Source of the DNA: Sphyrna mokarran | Lineage: Eukaryota | Length of the DNA: 64,000 nt | NCBI GenBank assembly: GCA_024679065.1 | Contig: JAGIQG010000016.1 | Coordinates: forward strand, 56,234,001-56,298,000 | Direction of reading: 5' to 3' | In this document: positions 11,105 through 22,977 of the stretch, in pieces | How positions within the stretch are numbered: the stretch's first letter is position 1 | Layout of the letters: the number at the start of each line of letters is the position of its first letter | The notes under the pieces: model-generated | What the model saw: only the letters and a program-made list of their open reading frames with translations | Databases searched by the model: none | Told to the model about the DNA's origin: nothing | Translations under genes and position numbers: made by a program

Positions 11105-12455
11105 ACATAGAACATAGAACACTACAGCACAAACAGGCCCTTCAACCCACAAGTTGTGCTGATCATATCTATACCTACCAGGCCATAGAACTATCTGCAA
11201 CTCCCAATCCCATTAAATCCCTTGTACTCATCCAAAAGTCTCTTAAAAGACCCCAGCGAGTTCGCCTCTACCACCACTGATAGCAACCGATTCCATTCAC
11301 TCGGCACCCTCTGAGTGAAAAAATTACCTTTAACATCTCCTCTGTACTTGCCCCCCAACACCCTTAAACCTGTGTCCTCTCGTAGCGACCGTTTCAGTCC
11401 TGGGAAATAGCCTCTGAGAATCCACTCTATCTATTCCTCTCAACATCTTATAAACCTCTATCAGGTCGCCTCTCAACCTTCGTCTCTCCAGGGAGAAGAG
11501 TCCTAGCTCTCTCAACCTATCTTCATAAGGCATGCCCCCCAATCAGGCAACATCCTTGTAAATCTCCTCTGCACCCTCTCAATAGCTTCCACATCCTTCC
11601 TATAGTGAGGCGACCAGAACTGCACACAATACTCCAAGTGGGGTCTGACAAGGGTCTTATAAAGTTGCAGCATTTCCTCCTGACTCCTAACTGAATTTCT
11701 CTATTAATGAAGGCCAGCACACCATATGCCTTCTTGACCACATCCTCCACTTGCAGGGCAGATTTAAGAGTCCTATGGACCCAGACCCCAAGATCCTTCT
11801 GTTCCTCAACACTGCCAAGACTCCTACCCTTGATATTATACTGCTTCATCCCATTGGTCCTGCCAAAATGGACCACCACACATTTATCCGCGTTTAAGTC
11901 CATCTGCCACTTCTCTGCCCAGTCTTGCATCCTATCTATGTCTCGCTGCAACTTCTGACATCCCTCCAGACTATCCACAACACCACCAATCTTTGTATCG
12001 TCGGTGAATTTACTAACCCATCCCTCCACTTCCTCATCCAGGTCATTTATGAAAATGACAAACAGCAAGGGTCCCAGAACAGATCCCTGGGGCATTCCAC
12101 TGGTGATTGACCTCCATGCAGAAGAAGACCCATCCACAACTACTCTCTGCCTTCTGCGGGCAAGCCAGTTCTGGATCCACAAGGCCAAAGTCCCTTGGAT
12201 CCCATGCCCTCTCACCTTCTCAAGAAGTCTTGTATGGGGGACCTTATCAAATGCCTTGCTGAAATCCATGTAAACCACATCCACTGCTCTTCCTTCGTCA
12301 ATGTGTTCAGTCACATTTTCGAAGAATTCAAATGGCTCGTAAGGCACGATCTGCCCTTAACAAAGCTGTGTTGACTATTCCTGATCATATTGAATTTCTC
12401 TAAATGCTCATAAATCCTATCTCTCAGAATCCTCTCCATCAACTTACCAACTACT
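11105..12455 (-). mobile_element. CR1-clade (HER1-like) LINE with the best-preserved RT in the window; 5'-truncated and frameshifted
   Basis: ORF 11523..12347: YMDFSKAFDKVPH, GMPQGSVLGPLLFVIFINDLD, SKFTDDTKIGG; ORF 11330..11542 YEDRLRELGLFSLERRRLRGDLIEVYK; (gttctat)n tail. Confidence 0.97.
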
Positions 12456-12727
12456 GAACAAGTTTCTTCCATTAGGAAAAGGATACAAAAGTCGAATACC
12501 AACTGACTCGAAAACAGCTTCTTCACTGCTGCCATTAGACTTTTGAGTGGACCTATCTTGCAATAAGTTGATCTTTCCCTACACACTAGCTATGACTGTA
12601 GCACTACATTCTGCACTCTCTCATTTCCTTCGTTATGAACTTGTCTGTATAACGCGCAAGAAATAATACTTTTCAGTGAATATTAATATGTGTGACAATA
12701 ATATATCAAATCAAATTAAATCAAATT
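12456..12727 (+). mobile_element. Rex1/Babar-clade LINE 3' end
   Basis: aacagcttcttc..tgctgccattagacttttga and gtgacaataat..(caaat)n tail; same family as 22978-23740 and 33670-34385. Confidence 0.8.
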
Positions 12728-13303
12728 CTGCAATTGTTGGCCAGAGGATTTCTGAATCTATTGCACATTCTCCAAAATGTCAAAAATGATGAGAAAGAAG
12801 ACAGCACTTTTCAGCTATAATAAGGATAGCTGCAAGTACTGAGTAGGTCTGTGAAAAAAGAGCTAACTTTAAAACTGGTTTGATTTCAAGAATCCACAGA
12901 ATTTTGCACTTTTCAGCTGCTTCCCTGACCTTGATAGCTTGCCCTTTCTTCATAGGTAGAGACTTGGGAATTTTGCAAGTAGTTCCCAATCTTAAAAATG
13001 TTCCATTAACAATTTACATTGTCTGTTAAGCTCAGACTATGTAAATTTTGATCATTTTCCGAGAGAGAGAGCATTCGAACAGGAACCAGAAAAGAAAACA
13101 TTTTGTTTCAATATAATTCTATTTTATGGTTAAAAATCCCAAAATGTTGCACTTCACACAAACCTTGAGATTTCATGGAGTGATATTGTTGAGATTCTTT
13201 GAGGCTTTTTGAGATTGTTTCATGAGGTACAGGAACAGTTTTTTTCATTATGAACATCAACTTTGAAATTAACTAATATTTTGAAATTACTTGTATTGTG
13301 TTT

Positions 13304-13649
13304 GGGTGGCACAGTAGCACAGTGGTTAGCATTGCTGTTTCACAGCTTCAGGGACCTGGGTTTGATTCCCAGCTTGGGTCACTGTCTATGTGGAGTTTGC
13401 ACATCTCCCTGTGTCTGTGTGGGTTTCCTCTGGATGCTCCGGTTCCCTCCCACAGTCCAAAGATGTGGAGGTTACATGAATTGGCCATGCTAAATTGCCT
13501 CTTGGTATCTCAGGATATGTAGGTTAGAAGGATTCGTGGATAAATATATACGGATACGGGGATAGGGCCTGGGTGGGATTGTGGTCAGTGCAGACTCGGT
13601 AGGCCGAATGGCCATTTTCTGCACTGTAGGATTTCTGTGATTCTATGAT
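13304..13649 (+). mobile_element. HE1-type V-SINE (CR1-type tail)
   Basis: Full-length head, V domain and tail. Confidence 0.93.
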
Positions 13650-13971
13650 CTGAACTCGAGAAAATGTTGCAGATTATTTTGAAAAGAACAATATCAAATT
13701 ACTTAACTTTGTTTACTAAAGTAAACTGATAGAGATTTCTGAGCCCAGAAAGAAGATAGTGGGCTCGATTCTCAAAGGTTTTCTAATGCTTCAACTTAAT
13801 GATTTCCTTGGTTATCACTTGTTGTCAGGGCAATTGAAATGTCACCAGAGGCAAAGTCATTCATCTTGAGGTGCAGAATCAGCTGCTGAACAATTCATAG
13901 TATGTTATTCACATTTCTGTACAATAGTGGAATAGCTTTGACTGCTACAAGGGAGAGGTTTGAGAGAATGC

Positions 13972-14260
13972 CCACTGTCCAGAAGGAGGCCATTCAGCCA
14001 TCATATCTACACCAACCACAATTCTACCCAAGCCCTATCCCCATAACCCCATGCATTTACCCTAACTAATCCCACTGACACTTAATGAGATTAACATGTC
14101 CAATCCACCAAATCTGCTCATCTTTGGACTGTGGGAGGAAACCTGAGCACCTGGAGCAAAACCCATGCAGACACAGGGAGAATGTGTAAACTCCACACAG
14201 ACCCAAGTCGGGAATTGAAACCAGGCCCCTATTGCTGTGAAGTGGAAATGCCACTGTGTC
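13972..14260 (-). mobile_element. HE1-type V-SINE (CR1-type tail)
   Basis: Reverse complement of V domain and tail. Confidence 0.9.
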
Positions 14261-14769
14261 CTCCTTCAATGCTCTACAACTATCCTCATGAGAATTTGGC
14301 TAAGATGGATTGTGGGCTCAAAGAAAGTTGAAAAGAAAACCTTACCTTGGATGGCCTTTTTTGTGTCCAACTATATTCTCACAGTATTGCTCTGGCAGGG
14401 ATACTGCAGTGGTTTTCTTCACATTGACCTCAATTCAAATTGCAGTCAGGTCCCATGGGCAGCATTGAACCATGATCTGCATACTTGAAGAAGCCTCATC
14501 AACTTTTGATGGATGTTTTCACTGCTTGCTTGAAAGATCAGGTAAAAATGATGGATAGCAAGATTCAGGCGGGACATTGCTAGGTAAATCACCTGCTTGA
14601 GTTTAGCTGTTGAAGTGCAGAGTTTTCTTATTGAAGGTAGGGGTAGGGCTAAAATCCAACTCTTGTGTTCCTAGTGATGGTAGTCCCATTATTGGGCTGA
14701 GGTGGATATTATGGGAGGTAGAGGAACTAATAATCATGAATGTAGGAATATAGTGACGCAAGATAAAAA

Positions 14770-14980
14770 TCACCATAATCCCAAATGACCGTAGGCTGCT
14801 GTCTCCTTTGAGGGGGGAGAGCTGATTAGTGGTAACTTGACCTGAGGGTCAAGGTGATGGGCAAGGTTGAGAAGGTGGGCATTCATGAATTAACCTCAGC
14901 AGTACAGAAATTGAACCCGTGCTGTTGGCAACACTCCCCATTAGGAACCAGCAGTGCAACCAACTGAGCTAAATGGACCC
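14770..14980 (-). mobile_element. Short tRNA-derived SINE of a separate family
   Basis: Minus strand has A box tagctcagttgg and B box ggttcaatttc, followed by a non-tRNA body. Confidence 0.7.
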
Positions 14981-15399
14981 ATTAACATACGCACTTTATC
15001 TCTGATAATCTATGTGAGTTTAAACGTTACATGATGGAGCAAACTGATTCAATTTGGGTAAAGTTAAATATAGACCAATGTTATGCCCTGAATCAATTAA
15101 TTCCATTCATCTACCTTGGGGATTGCTAACTCAATGAATAGTTATGATATCAATACAACTTAGAAAACTATAAGTGCCACATTTCATTTTAGTTCACAAA
15201 AACAGTGCAGACTGGTCGATAGATTCAAGTTGTGGGTTTCTGTGTTGTCGGCAAAGTAGCCCAATGATTAACTATTCCACATCTGTACAGGCTGCAAACA
15301 CAACATTATTTGACAGTAGCTATCACACCAGCCAAAATAACTTCTTTGTAGATTTGGTTACTCTGAGGTTAATTTATTAATTAATAGTATCCTCTCTTT

Positions 15400-17060
15400 T
15401 GATTCATCTTCTGAAGCTGAACTAATCACCCCTCATGATATATTAATCTCTCTGTCTTTTTGACTTACTGCTCTATCTCAAACCTGTCTCTACTGTCCAA
15501 CAGCTTTGAATGTGCTGTTATCTCCCAGCATCATTCCCATCGTCCTATGTTTGAATAGCTTAAATCAGGGCCGGAATTTTCCAGCCACTCTCAGCCCATC
15601 ACCACTGCGAGCAAGGATGAAGAAATTGGTGCTCAGCCAAGTCTCCATTCACTGCAATGGGGCCACATGAATGGCCAGAGAATTAGCACACAGTTTTTTA
15701 CCCTTATTGCAGCAATAAAGTGCTCCTTATTGAAGTCACTCTACTGCCTTTGACTTAGTCGATTGCACAATTCTCCTGCTGTCCAGTTCAATGTTATTAC
15801 CCATACTTCCTCCTACTCCTACATAACCAATTGTATTCAGAGCAATGGCTCCTTTTCCTACCGTTGGCTTGGCCATTTTGCAAGTGGCAGGGGTTCTGCT
15901 GTTAGAGACCTAAGAATGTGTGCCATGAGTGATGGTTGTGTGTGTGTGCAGGGTGGGGGGCTTGCCAGCATCAATGTAGTGGATGGCAGGACCCAGGGCC
16001 TTATTTTGCGTGTGGTAATCAATTTAGTGGCTGCTGCAGAGTGAGCTTCTGTGCCTCTTGTAGCAATTTGAGGCATTTTGGAGGGAATGGCAGCCACTGC
16101 TTATGTTGCATTTGTAGAAAGATTGGGTGTGCACCTTCACAATTTAAGTATCGGTGTCGGGGGTCAGCCAGGCAGGGACCAGCAAAATGTGGAATGGTAC
16201 TAGGTGTTGGTGAGGGCTGGTGACATTAATGCTTGGTGGGGGATTGGCTAAGATTACACAAGAGGTTCTCCCCTGGAGCGTGCTGGGAGACTGCAAGGGT
16301 TTTTCTGGCTGTTTCCCGATGTGGTGAAGGACTCCACTACCTCTCTTTCTCCTCTCAACTCCGCTTCCCCCTCCACCCCAGACCCCCTCCACCGCTGCCA
16401 CACTCCACTATCTGCTACCTGCTAGCAAAATATCAGTGGACGAGTGACGAGGGTGAGCTGAATGCCACCTTTCCTGTACCTGGCAAAAAGGCCTGGTGAC
16501 AGGAGGTATCAGGCAAGCCACATGTCATAGACAGCCTTGAAGGAACTGACATACCCTCCAGTTAAACATTTGGAAGACCAAACCCATTGTCACCAGCTCC
16601 CACCACAGACTCTGTACCCATGTCATCAACTCCATCCCACTCACTGGCTACCATTTTGCATTGGATTAGCCTGTTTGCAGTCCCCGCACGTATTTAACTT
16701 CAAGCTGAACATCCATCTCCATTTACTGTTCACCTCAAAGACCCTCCATTCTCCTTAGTGCATTACATCACCCTTATCTTGCTTCAGCCCAACTTCTGCT
16801 GAAACTTGAATCTTGCCTTTATCACCTCCTAACTTAATTATTCCACTGTTCTGCTGAATCTCAATACCCTCTGAACTTAAGCTCAACCAAATTGTACCAT
16901 CTGTACAAATATCTAGTGCTAATCCTACTTGCCCAACAACATCTGAGGTGACTACTTTATTGACTCCCATTTTCCTAATGCCTCCAAGTTAAAATTCTTG
17001 TTTTTAGTTTGTGGTGTTGTCCCTCTTATCATTGGAACCTACTCTTTTATCAACCTTTAC
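15400..17060 (+). mobile_element. Old L2-like LINE remnant interrupted by DNA elements at 15568-15689 and about 15890-16560
   Basis: Pyrimidine-rich; 16790-16860 resembles L2 AETLIHAFITSRLDYSNALL. Confidence 0.5.
15568..15689. mobile_element. ~120-bp MITE, family A
   Basis: gggccggaattttcc...gagaattagcac termini; core aattgg..agccaa..ccattcactgca shared with 21397, 30040 and 43962. Confidence 0.7.
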
Positions 17061-17071
17061 GGCACCTTCCT

Positions 17072-17370
17072 GTGGCACAGCAGTTAGCACTGCTGCCTCA
17101 CAGCACCAGGGACCCCAGTTTAATTCCCAGCTTGGGTCAGTGTCGGTGCGGAGTCTGCTCATTCTCCCCATGTCTGCATGGGTTTCTTCCGGGTGCTCCA
17201 GTTTCCTCCCAGAGTCTGAAAGATGTGCTCGTTAGGTGCATTGGCCATGCTAAATTCTCCCTCAATATACCCTGAACAGGCGCCAGAGAGTGGCGACTTG
17301 GGGATTTTCACCGTAACTTCATTGCAGTGTTCATGTAAGTCTATTTGTGACAATAATAAATAAATTTAAA
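17072..17370 (+). mobile_element. V-SINE with tail 2
   Basis: Head, V domain, tctgaaagatgtgc, tail ending ttgtgacaataataaataaa. Confidence 0.92.
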
Positions 17371-18179
17371 CTTAGTATGCTTGTCTTAAATTGGCATCCA
17401 TTTGTGAAGTCCCTGGCAAAGGTTTTTCCACATTAAAGTCACCAAAAAGTGCAAGTTATTGTAAATTTAAGAATCATAGTGTGTATTTTGGTGCAGAGCG
17501 CCTGTCCCATTTTTTCCTGACCTGGTCCTACTGGCCAGATTCATCCCTGCATCTGCTCACAAAATTTGCTAAAATGGTGACTCACTCGTTAATATAAAAG
17601 CAGGTGAAAGAAAAACGAACCAATGTCAAAAATACCTCCTCGCTGCTCTCAGCAAAGAGAAGTATGCAGGTCATTTCACGCCGGTATGACCACTTCAGAT
17701 CATTGGAAATTTCCCCTGTATCAAATCTTTCTCCAAGTTCTTATTTGCGCAACATTCATTAAATTTATTCAGCTGAAAAGCAGCATTGGAATTGAGTGCT
17801 TAGAAAATACACATCTGAAGGTAAGTACTGAATGCAGTCACCACACAGATGATGAATGAAAGACAAATCAAAGTGGTTTTTGCTCTTTTGTAGGAGGTAG
17901 GAAGTGTAACTCTGTGTTACAAAATTAATCAGAACGACAGGTTCATCTTCTAATCTCAAATGCGGCCGAACTGTTGGTGTGGCATGCAGTCTTCTGAGCG
18001 CTGATAGTCATTGTGAATGCGGTGCACATTTTTCAAACCTGCTGTCCCAAGAAACCAAAGGCTCACCGCTCGAGCTGCAGAGCAACCTCTGGGAGGAATT
18101 GGTTTGCACCGCACACACTTCTAGGTGTCACATGGGCACAAAGCATAGCAGGCTTTGACCCCAGTGCTAAGGCAGGGCA

Positions 18180-18300
18180 CCAGAACATGAAGAGAGAACA
18201 CTGGAAAATCTCAGCAAGTCTGGCAGCATATGTAAGGAGAGAAAGCAGAATTAACATTTTGAGTACTTTCGACTCTTTGTCAAAACTGTGTTCGTCTCTC
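18180..18300 (-). mobile_element. Penelope-like 3' fragment (third family) with a decayed hammerhead motif
   Basis: Minus strand ttgacaa-agagt..actc-aaaatgttaa then tgctgccagacttgctgagattttccag; same family as 20700-20800 and 54228-54312. Confidence 0.55.
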
Positions 18301-18498
18301 ATATATATCTGATAACAATTGAAAAACCCCATTGCAGAAATAAGGCTGTATAGAGCAGACACTGGCAGTGCCCATGCAGAATTCTTCAGTGTATCCATTA
18401 TCGGCCAATGAAAATTAAATTAATCTTTACTTAAAAATAAATCCATTCCATTGAACCAAGAGGAGCAGGAGTGCATCTCTGATTCTTCAGAATTTATA

Positions 18499-18826
18499 GG
18501 AGAGGCAATAGTCTAGTGGTATTATTGCTAGACTGTTAATCCAGGAACTCAGTTAATGTTCCAGGGACCTGGGTTCGAATCCCACCATGGCAGATGATAG
18601 AATTTGAATTCAATAAAAACATCTGGAATTAAGTATCTCCTGTTGTCAATTGTCAAGAAAAACTCATCTGGTTCACTAATATCCTTTTGGGAAGGAAACC
18701 TGCCATCCTTACCTGCTATTTATGTGACTCCAGAAGCATGTGGTTGACTCTCAACTGTCCTCTGAAAAAGGGCAATAAATGCTGGCCAGCCAGCAACGCC
18801 CATGTCCCATAAATGAGTAAAAAAAA
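18499..18826 (+). mobile_element. tRNA-derived SINE, family 3 (gggcaataaatgctggcc tail)
   Basis: A box tagtctagtgg, B box ggttcgaatcc, tail shared with LINE 57095-58080. Confidence 0.85.
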
Positions 18827-19074
18827 TTCTGATTTCACTTCCTCCTCTATTGGCCCATTCCAATATCCCAATCCCAGAACTTACCTGCAGGCAATCTGAC
18901 CGTGATCTCATCGGGTGAGCAGCCTGAGGAGGTGAGATTCATGCTGGCATCCTATGTCCATCTGTCCTGATAAGGTCTGAGGGCCAATTTCCATCAATCC
19001 CCAGGCGTCTCAGTTAGGGTATGTTTTGCTCATGAACTCCTGGGCTTAGGCCCAGACCAAAATCAGTTCCTTTT

Positions 19075-19199
19075 GGAAGCATAAACATAGGGATTTCAAG
19101 GAAATGGTAAAATCCTGCCTGAGGTCAACGGACCTTCCCATTTTTTGCCCCTTCCCTGGTCTGATTGCCATAATGGGCAGAATGGTAAAATTCCAGCCA
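19075..19199. mobile_element. ~125-bp MITE, family B
   Basis: gtaaaatcc..gaggtcaacggacc..gtaaaattccagcc; related to 34797, 38780 and 54357. Confidence 0.6.
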
Positions 19200-20060
19200 A
19201 AGACCCTATTCAGTGCTGCCTCCTTCTTCACCATTGAATGGCAGAACAGAATGTGGGAAGCGGATATTGAGGCCGGCGCTATGAGGGAACTGGAGCTACA
19301 TGTGCAGCTGGAGAAGTTTGCCTTAATTACGCATCTCCTGTCGTTTTTGCTCCCTCAAGCTGTTGGCTCATTCACTCCTGTAAATCAACTTAATGATGTC
19401 ACGATCACGCAATGTTTAAAAATAGGAAAGCAGAAATAATTATAAAGCTGTTGAAGAGGACATATATTTTATTACCAGTGGGAGATCAGTCAATTTACAA
19501 AGTGACATTTCCATCATGGTGACATTATGTTCAAGTGACCCAGTGAGGTTTTTAAGAGGTGCTTTGGCACAAACCTATCATAATATTGGAAGAAGTAAAC
19601 AAAAATTATTTGTCAAAAAGTTTTTTTTTTAACTGAATTTAGTAATAGTAATTCTTTAATACCTTCTTAGCTCCAAAAAAACGCAATATAATTTCTATAT
19701 CCTTGTATTGAAGCAATGTACTTTGACCATCTGAATATGAGAGCGTAGAATATTCATACAACATTCAATTCGTCCTTTCAGCTAAATGTTTCTGCATCAG
19801 AGTTTATTTAATCTTAGAGGTATGAGTGACAGCAGGTCACCGTGAAGGTTATTTCGACGTACACATCAAGTTAAACTGCAGGTCTCGTCTATCAATATAA
19901 CCTACATTTTCTAACACTGATCGGTCATATTTAAGTGATGCCAGTCCAATGTCCCATCGTAACTAGGATTCCTATATTCTGTGGAGTATCTATCCAATTT
20001 TATCTATATTTCTCTGATCTATTTTGCAAGCAGCTTCAGCCAGCTCCTTTAAATAATGAA
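19200..20060. promoter_or_regulatory. Repeat-free island, candidate enhancer/CNE
   Basis: Retained CpGs; TAATTA 19324, GTAAATCA (PBX-HOX, reverse) 19380, TGACAG 19827. Confidence 0.33.
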
Positions 20061-20496
20061 TGGGGTGAGAAAAGGCTAGTCAGTTGATATAGGAAAACCA
20101 TAGGAAGTAAACGACAGCAGTAACACATTAATGTAACACTGTTAATTTAATAAAAGCTACCAAGATGCTTTTCACAGGAGAGAAATGGAACAAGGGCTGG
20201 AGGGTTTAAAGTAAGCTGAAAGCATAGTTTAAAAAAAGATAGCTCAGATGAAACAGCGCAAACATGAAAAGTTCAGGAAGCAGTTGCTCAGGATGAAATG
20301 AAAATCCTTAAGATCCCTGCCACAAAATGAGGAAAATTATGATAGGGTGAAATACAAAAGTCCAGCGTCAGATGGGACATAGATGGGTTGTGATCTGTGG
20401 TGTTATGGTTTCTTTAGATGTCTCAGTGATGAGGTATTGAGACTTGTGTGTTTAAACATGAATATTGATTGTTCATTTTCAATTATGTACAGATCC

Positions 20497-20680
20497 CAGT
20501 TTTTTTTTACTCATTCATGGGACTTTTTTTTAAATTCATTTGCGAGACATGGGTGTCGCTGGCTAGGTCAGCATTTATTGTCCATCCCTTGCTGCCCAAG
20601 AGCAGTTGAGAGTCAACCACATTGCTATGGCTCTGGAGTCACGTGTAGGCCAGACCAGGTAAGGACAGCAGATTTCCCTT
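20497..20680 (-). mobile_element. Family-3 SINE 3' part with a duplicated terminus
   Basis: ggtgtcgctggctaggtcagcatttattgtccatccc is the reverse complement of the family-3 tail. Confidence 0.8.
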
Positions 20681-20904
20681 TTGAAGGGTCAAAAAAAAAT
20701 CCACTGTTTTCTCTCCATACAGATGCTGCCAGACCAGCTGAGATTTTCCAGCATTTTCTCTTTTCGTTTCAGATTCTAGCATCCACAGTAATTTGTTTTT
20801 GAGCTCAGTGGACTGCTGTCTTTATATCTATCAAAATGCAGTGATTATTCTGCTTTCCAGATTTAAGCTTCCTAATTCTTAAATAGTTGTTTGGCAACTT
20901 ACCT

Positions 20905-21655
20905 GTTGTGGGAAAAATAGATGTGATGTCAAAGCTTTTCATCTTGCACAGGACAGTTTTCAAGAATACTGATTGTAAAGAGAACGACAATTCATACTGC
21001 ATGTATGTGAATGCTGATTGGTTTGCAAGTTGACTTTGATTAGTCGAGGCATTGCCTTGGAGAGTGCACCAGGGAACAGTTAACTGCCAAGCTTTGATTC
21101 AAATTCAAACTGAGCAGGTAAAGTGTGATTAGTCAAGGCATTGCCATGGGGAATGAGCCAGGGAACGGCTGCCACCATTGTTTAGTTGTAAAAGGTGCAA
21201 TGTGTAGACTTGTTCCTCCTGTCTGTAAAGGACACAGCCCTTTGTGTGAATATATGTAGCTTCTACCATATAAGTAAGCCACGCTGCAAGCCTGACTGAT
21301 AATATTAAATTGGTATTCAGTGTAAGTTTAACACATTCAAAATTGTTTAGCAAGTACTGTCCAACTATGGAATCTTATCTAATGTTGGACCCTATGGCCA
21401 GGATTTTCCAGCTCTATATGATGGCATCCTCAGCAAATGATTTGGCAGCCCAGCCAAAAATTCATTGAGTTTCAGCCAGCCAGTCTCAATGGTAGGTGGC
21501 CCTGTGTTTTGAGTTTTGTAAGCACAGGCTAATCGGACGCAGTTTGGACTTTGCCTGTTGCGAACAGCCATCAATGTTGATATTATTCTCGTGCATTGTC
21601 CTGATGAATGTAAGATGGAAATCTTCAACCGCATGTCTTGTTTTTTTTCAGCCAT
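20905..21655 (-). mobile_element. Penelope-like element remnant: GIY-YIG C-terminus, 3' pLTR and inverted 5' pLTR
   Basis: ORFs read AVRNRQS..ACAYKTQNT and EATYIHTKGCVLYRQEE; 20912-20968 and 21584-21649 are inverted copies with a hammerhead-like motif. Confidence 0.75.
21397..21511. mobile_element. MITE family A inserted in the Penelope remnant
   Basis: ggccaggattttccagc...atttggcagcccagccaaa...ggccc splits the GIY-YIG-region reading. Confidence 0.65.
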
Positions 21656-22013
21656 GTAAAAGTTCCTAATTTTTGTTTTGCAAAGAGGTTTTATTTTTGA
21701 AAATTAACACTCGTGTTTGCTGTTGTTTGTTGAAGTATAAAACTACTAGGGAATCACTTGTTTGTCCTTTGAGGGCTGTTGTCAGCTTAATGAGCCTCTG
21801 TAGTGTTTTCTTGACGCTAAACAACTTTTCTGAGCACATATAAAATATTCAGCATAACATGAACAAATTTGTTGAGTAAGAGTAATAATAGAAAAAGCGG
21901 TGATTTTCACTTGACACCCACCTCATGTTCCAATGTAGAACGTGTGGCTCACAGTCAATTAAAACAAAAATTGTCTATCCATTGGTTGCTTGATATGATA
22001 ATATAAATGATAA

Positions 22014-22774
22014 TGTGATGATATGAGACTTTAAGAAATGTATTTTTGATCATGTTTATCTGCAGGACGTTTTGTCAGCGCCATGTTGTCTGTAGCTGGT
22101 ACCCTTTTTTGTTACTGAAGCAGTATAATCACGTGGATTTTAATCTGAACTAATGCAGTGTTATGTGATCTTAATGTTCCCTTGGAATGGCAGAGTAGAG
22201 CTTGATTGGGATGATTGACAGGTCACATTATATGACTGAGGAGAGCTATTTTTCACAGGGATTTCCAGTTTTAGTTTCATTTTCAGAAGCTGCTTGAGAG
22301 ATTAAGCACTGTTTTACTCTCTCTGGCACCTGAAGACTGGAATTCATCAGAGATTAGGTTTACCTCTCTGAGGTTTGGCTATTTTGAGGATATATTTTTA
22401 TCTGAAAACTGCTGGCTTGGATTTCTATCCATAGGTGTTAAAAAGCTGAAAATCTGTTTTTGTGCTAAGCCTGAGGAAGGATGTATGTCTGTGGGATGTT
22501 ACTTTACCTTGGAGCAACAGAGAAAGCTAACTGTTAGGAGTTATAATATGTTATGTTTAAATCTTATAATTGGTAAAAGTTACACTAATTCTTTTTCTTC
22601 CATTCCAACCGTGTTGTTAAAAAAACTTTGTTTGAGAAAAGCTTCCTAGTGGGTTATTTGGATCATACCTAGAGTGAAACATCTTATACTCGCAATTGCC
22701 AAACTCAAGTGTAAAACGTAGGATCTTGGCTAACTTCACAAAACACTTGGGAGTCTTTGGCATGGGTCTTAACA
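22014..22774 (+). mobile_element. Solo LTR-like element (possibly Gypsy-type)
   Basis: TGTGA...TAACA termini with ataa/atga flanks; both ends homologous to 60540-61385. Confidence 0.7.
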
Positions 22775-22977
22775 ATGAAAACATTCCAACTTGGAATAAA
22801 ATAAGCATATTGAATGGTTTGGTTTATTTCATTATTAAATGCAGGGACTGGAAAAAAAGGCATATCATAAATAATGCAGAAGAAATTCACAAATAATATC
22901 GGAAGTACAGAAGGAAACTGAATGTGAGATGAGGAAGTTGTCATCTTTTAAGACTTTTTGACTATTTTTACACAAAG

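Noticed and set aside
11523-12347. Longest ORF (274 aa) as a host gene or active reverse transcriptase
   Set aside because: It is a CR1 ORF2 fragment: 5'-truncated, no endonuclease domain, frameshifted at both ends.
12311-12586. Novel 91-aa ORF
   Set aside because: Chance fusion of antisense Rex1 3' sequence with CR1 ORF2 at a head-to-head junction.
14900-14980. tRNA genes suggested by A/B boxes here and in other SINE heads
   Set aside because: No cloverleaf; each continues into a SINE body and tail.
17773-17820. Possible 48-nt coding exon ending at AAG|gtaagt
   Set aside because: Strong donor but weak acceptor; peptide LKSSIGIECLENTHLK is not recognisable.
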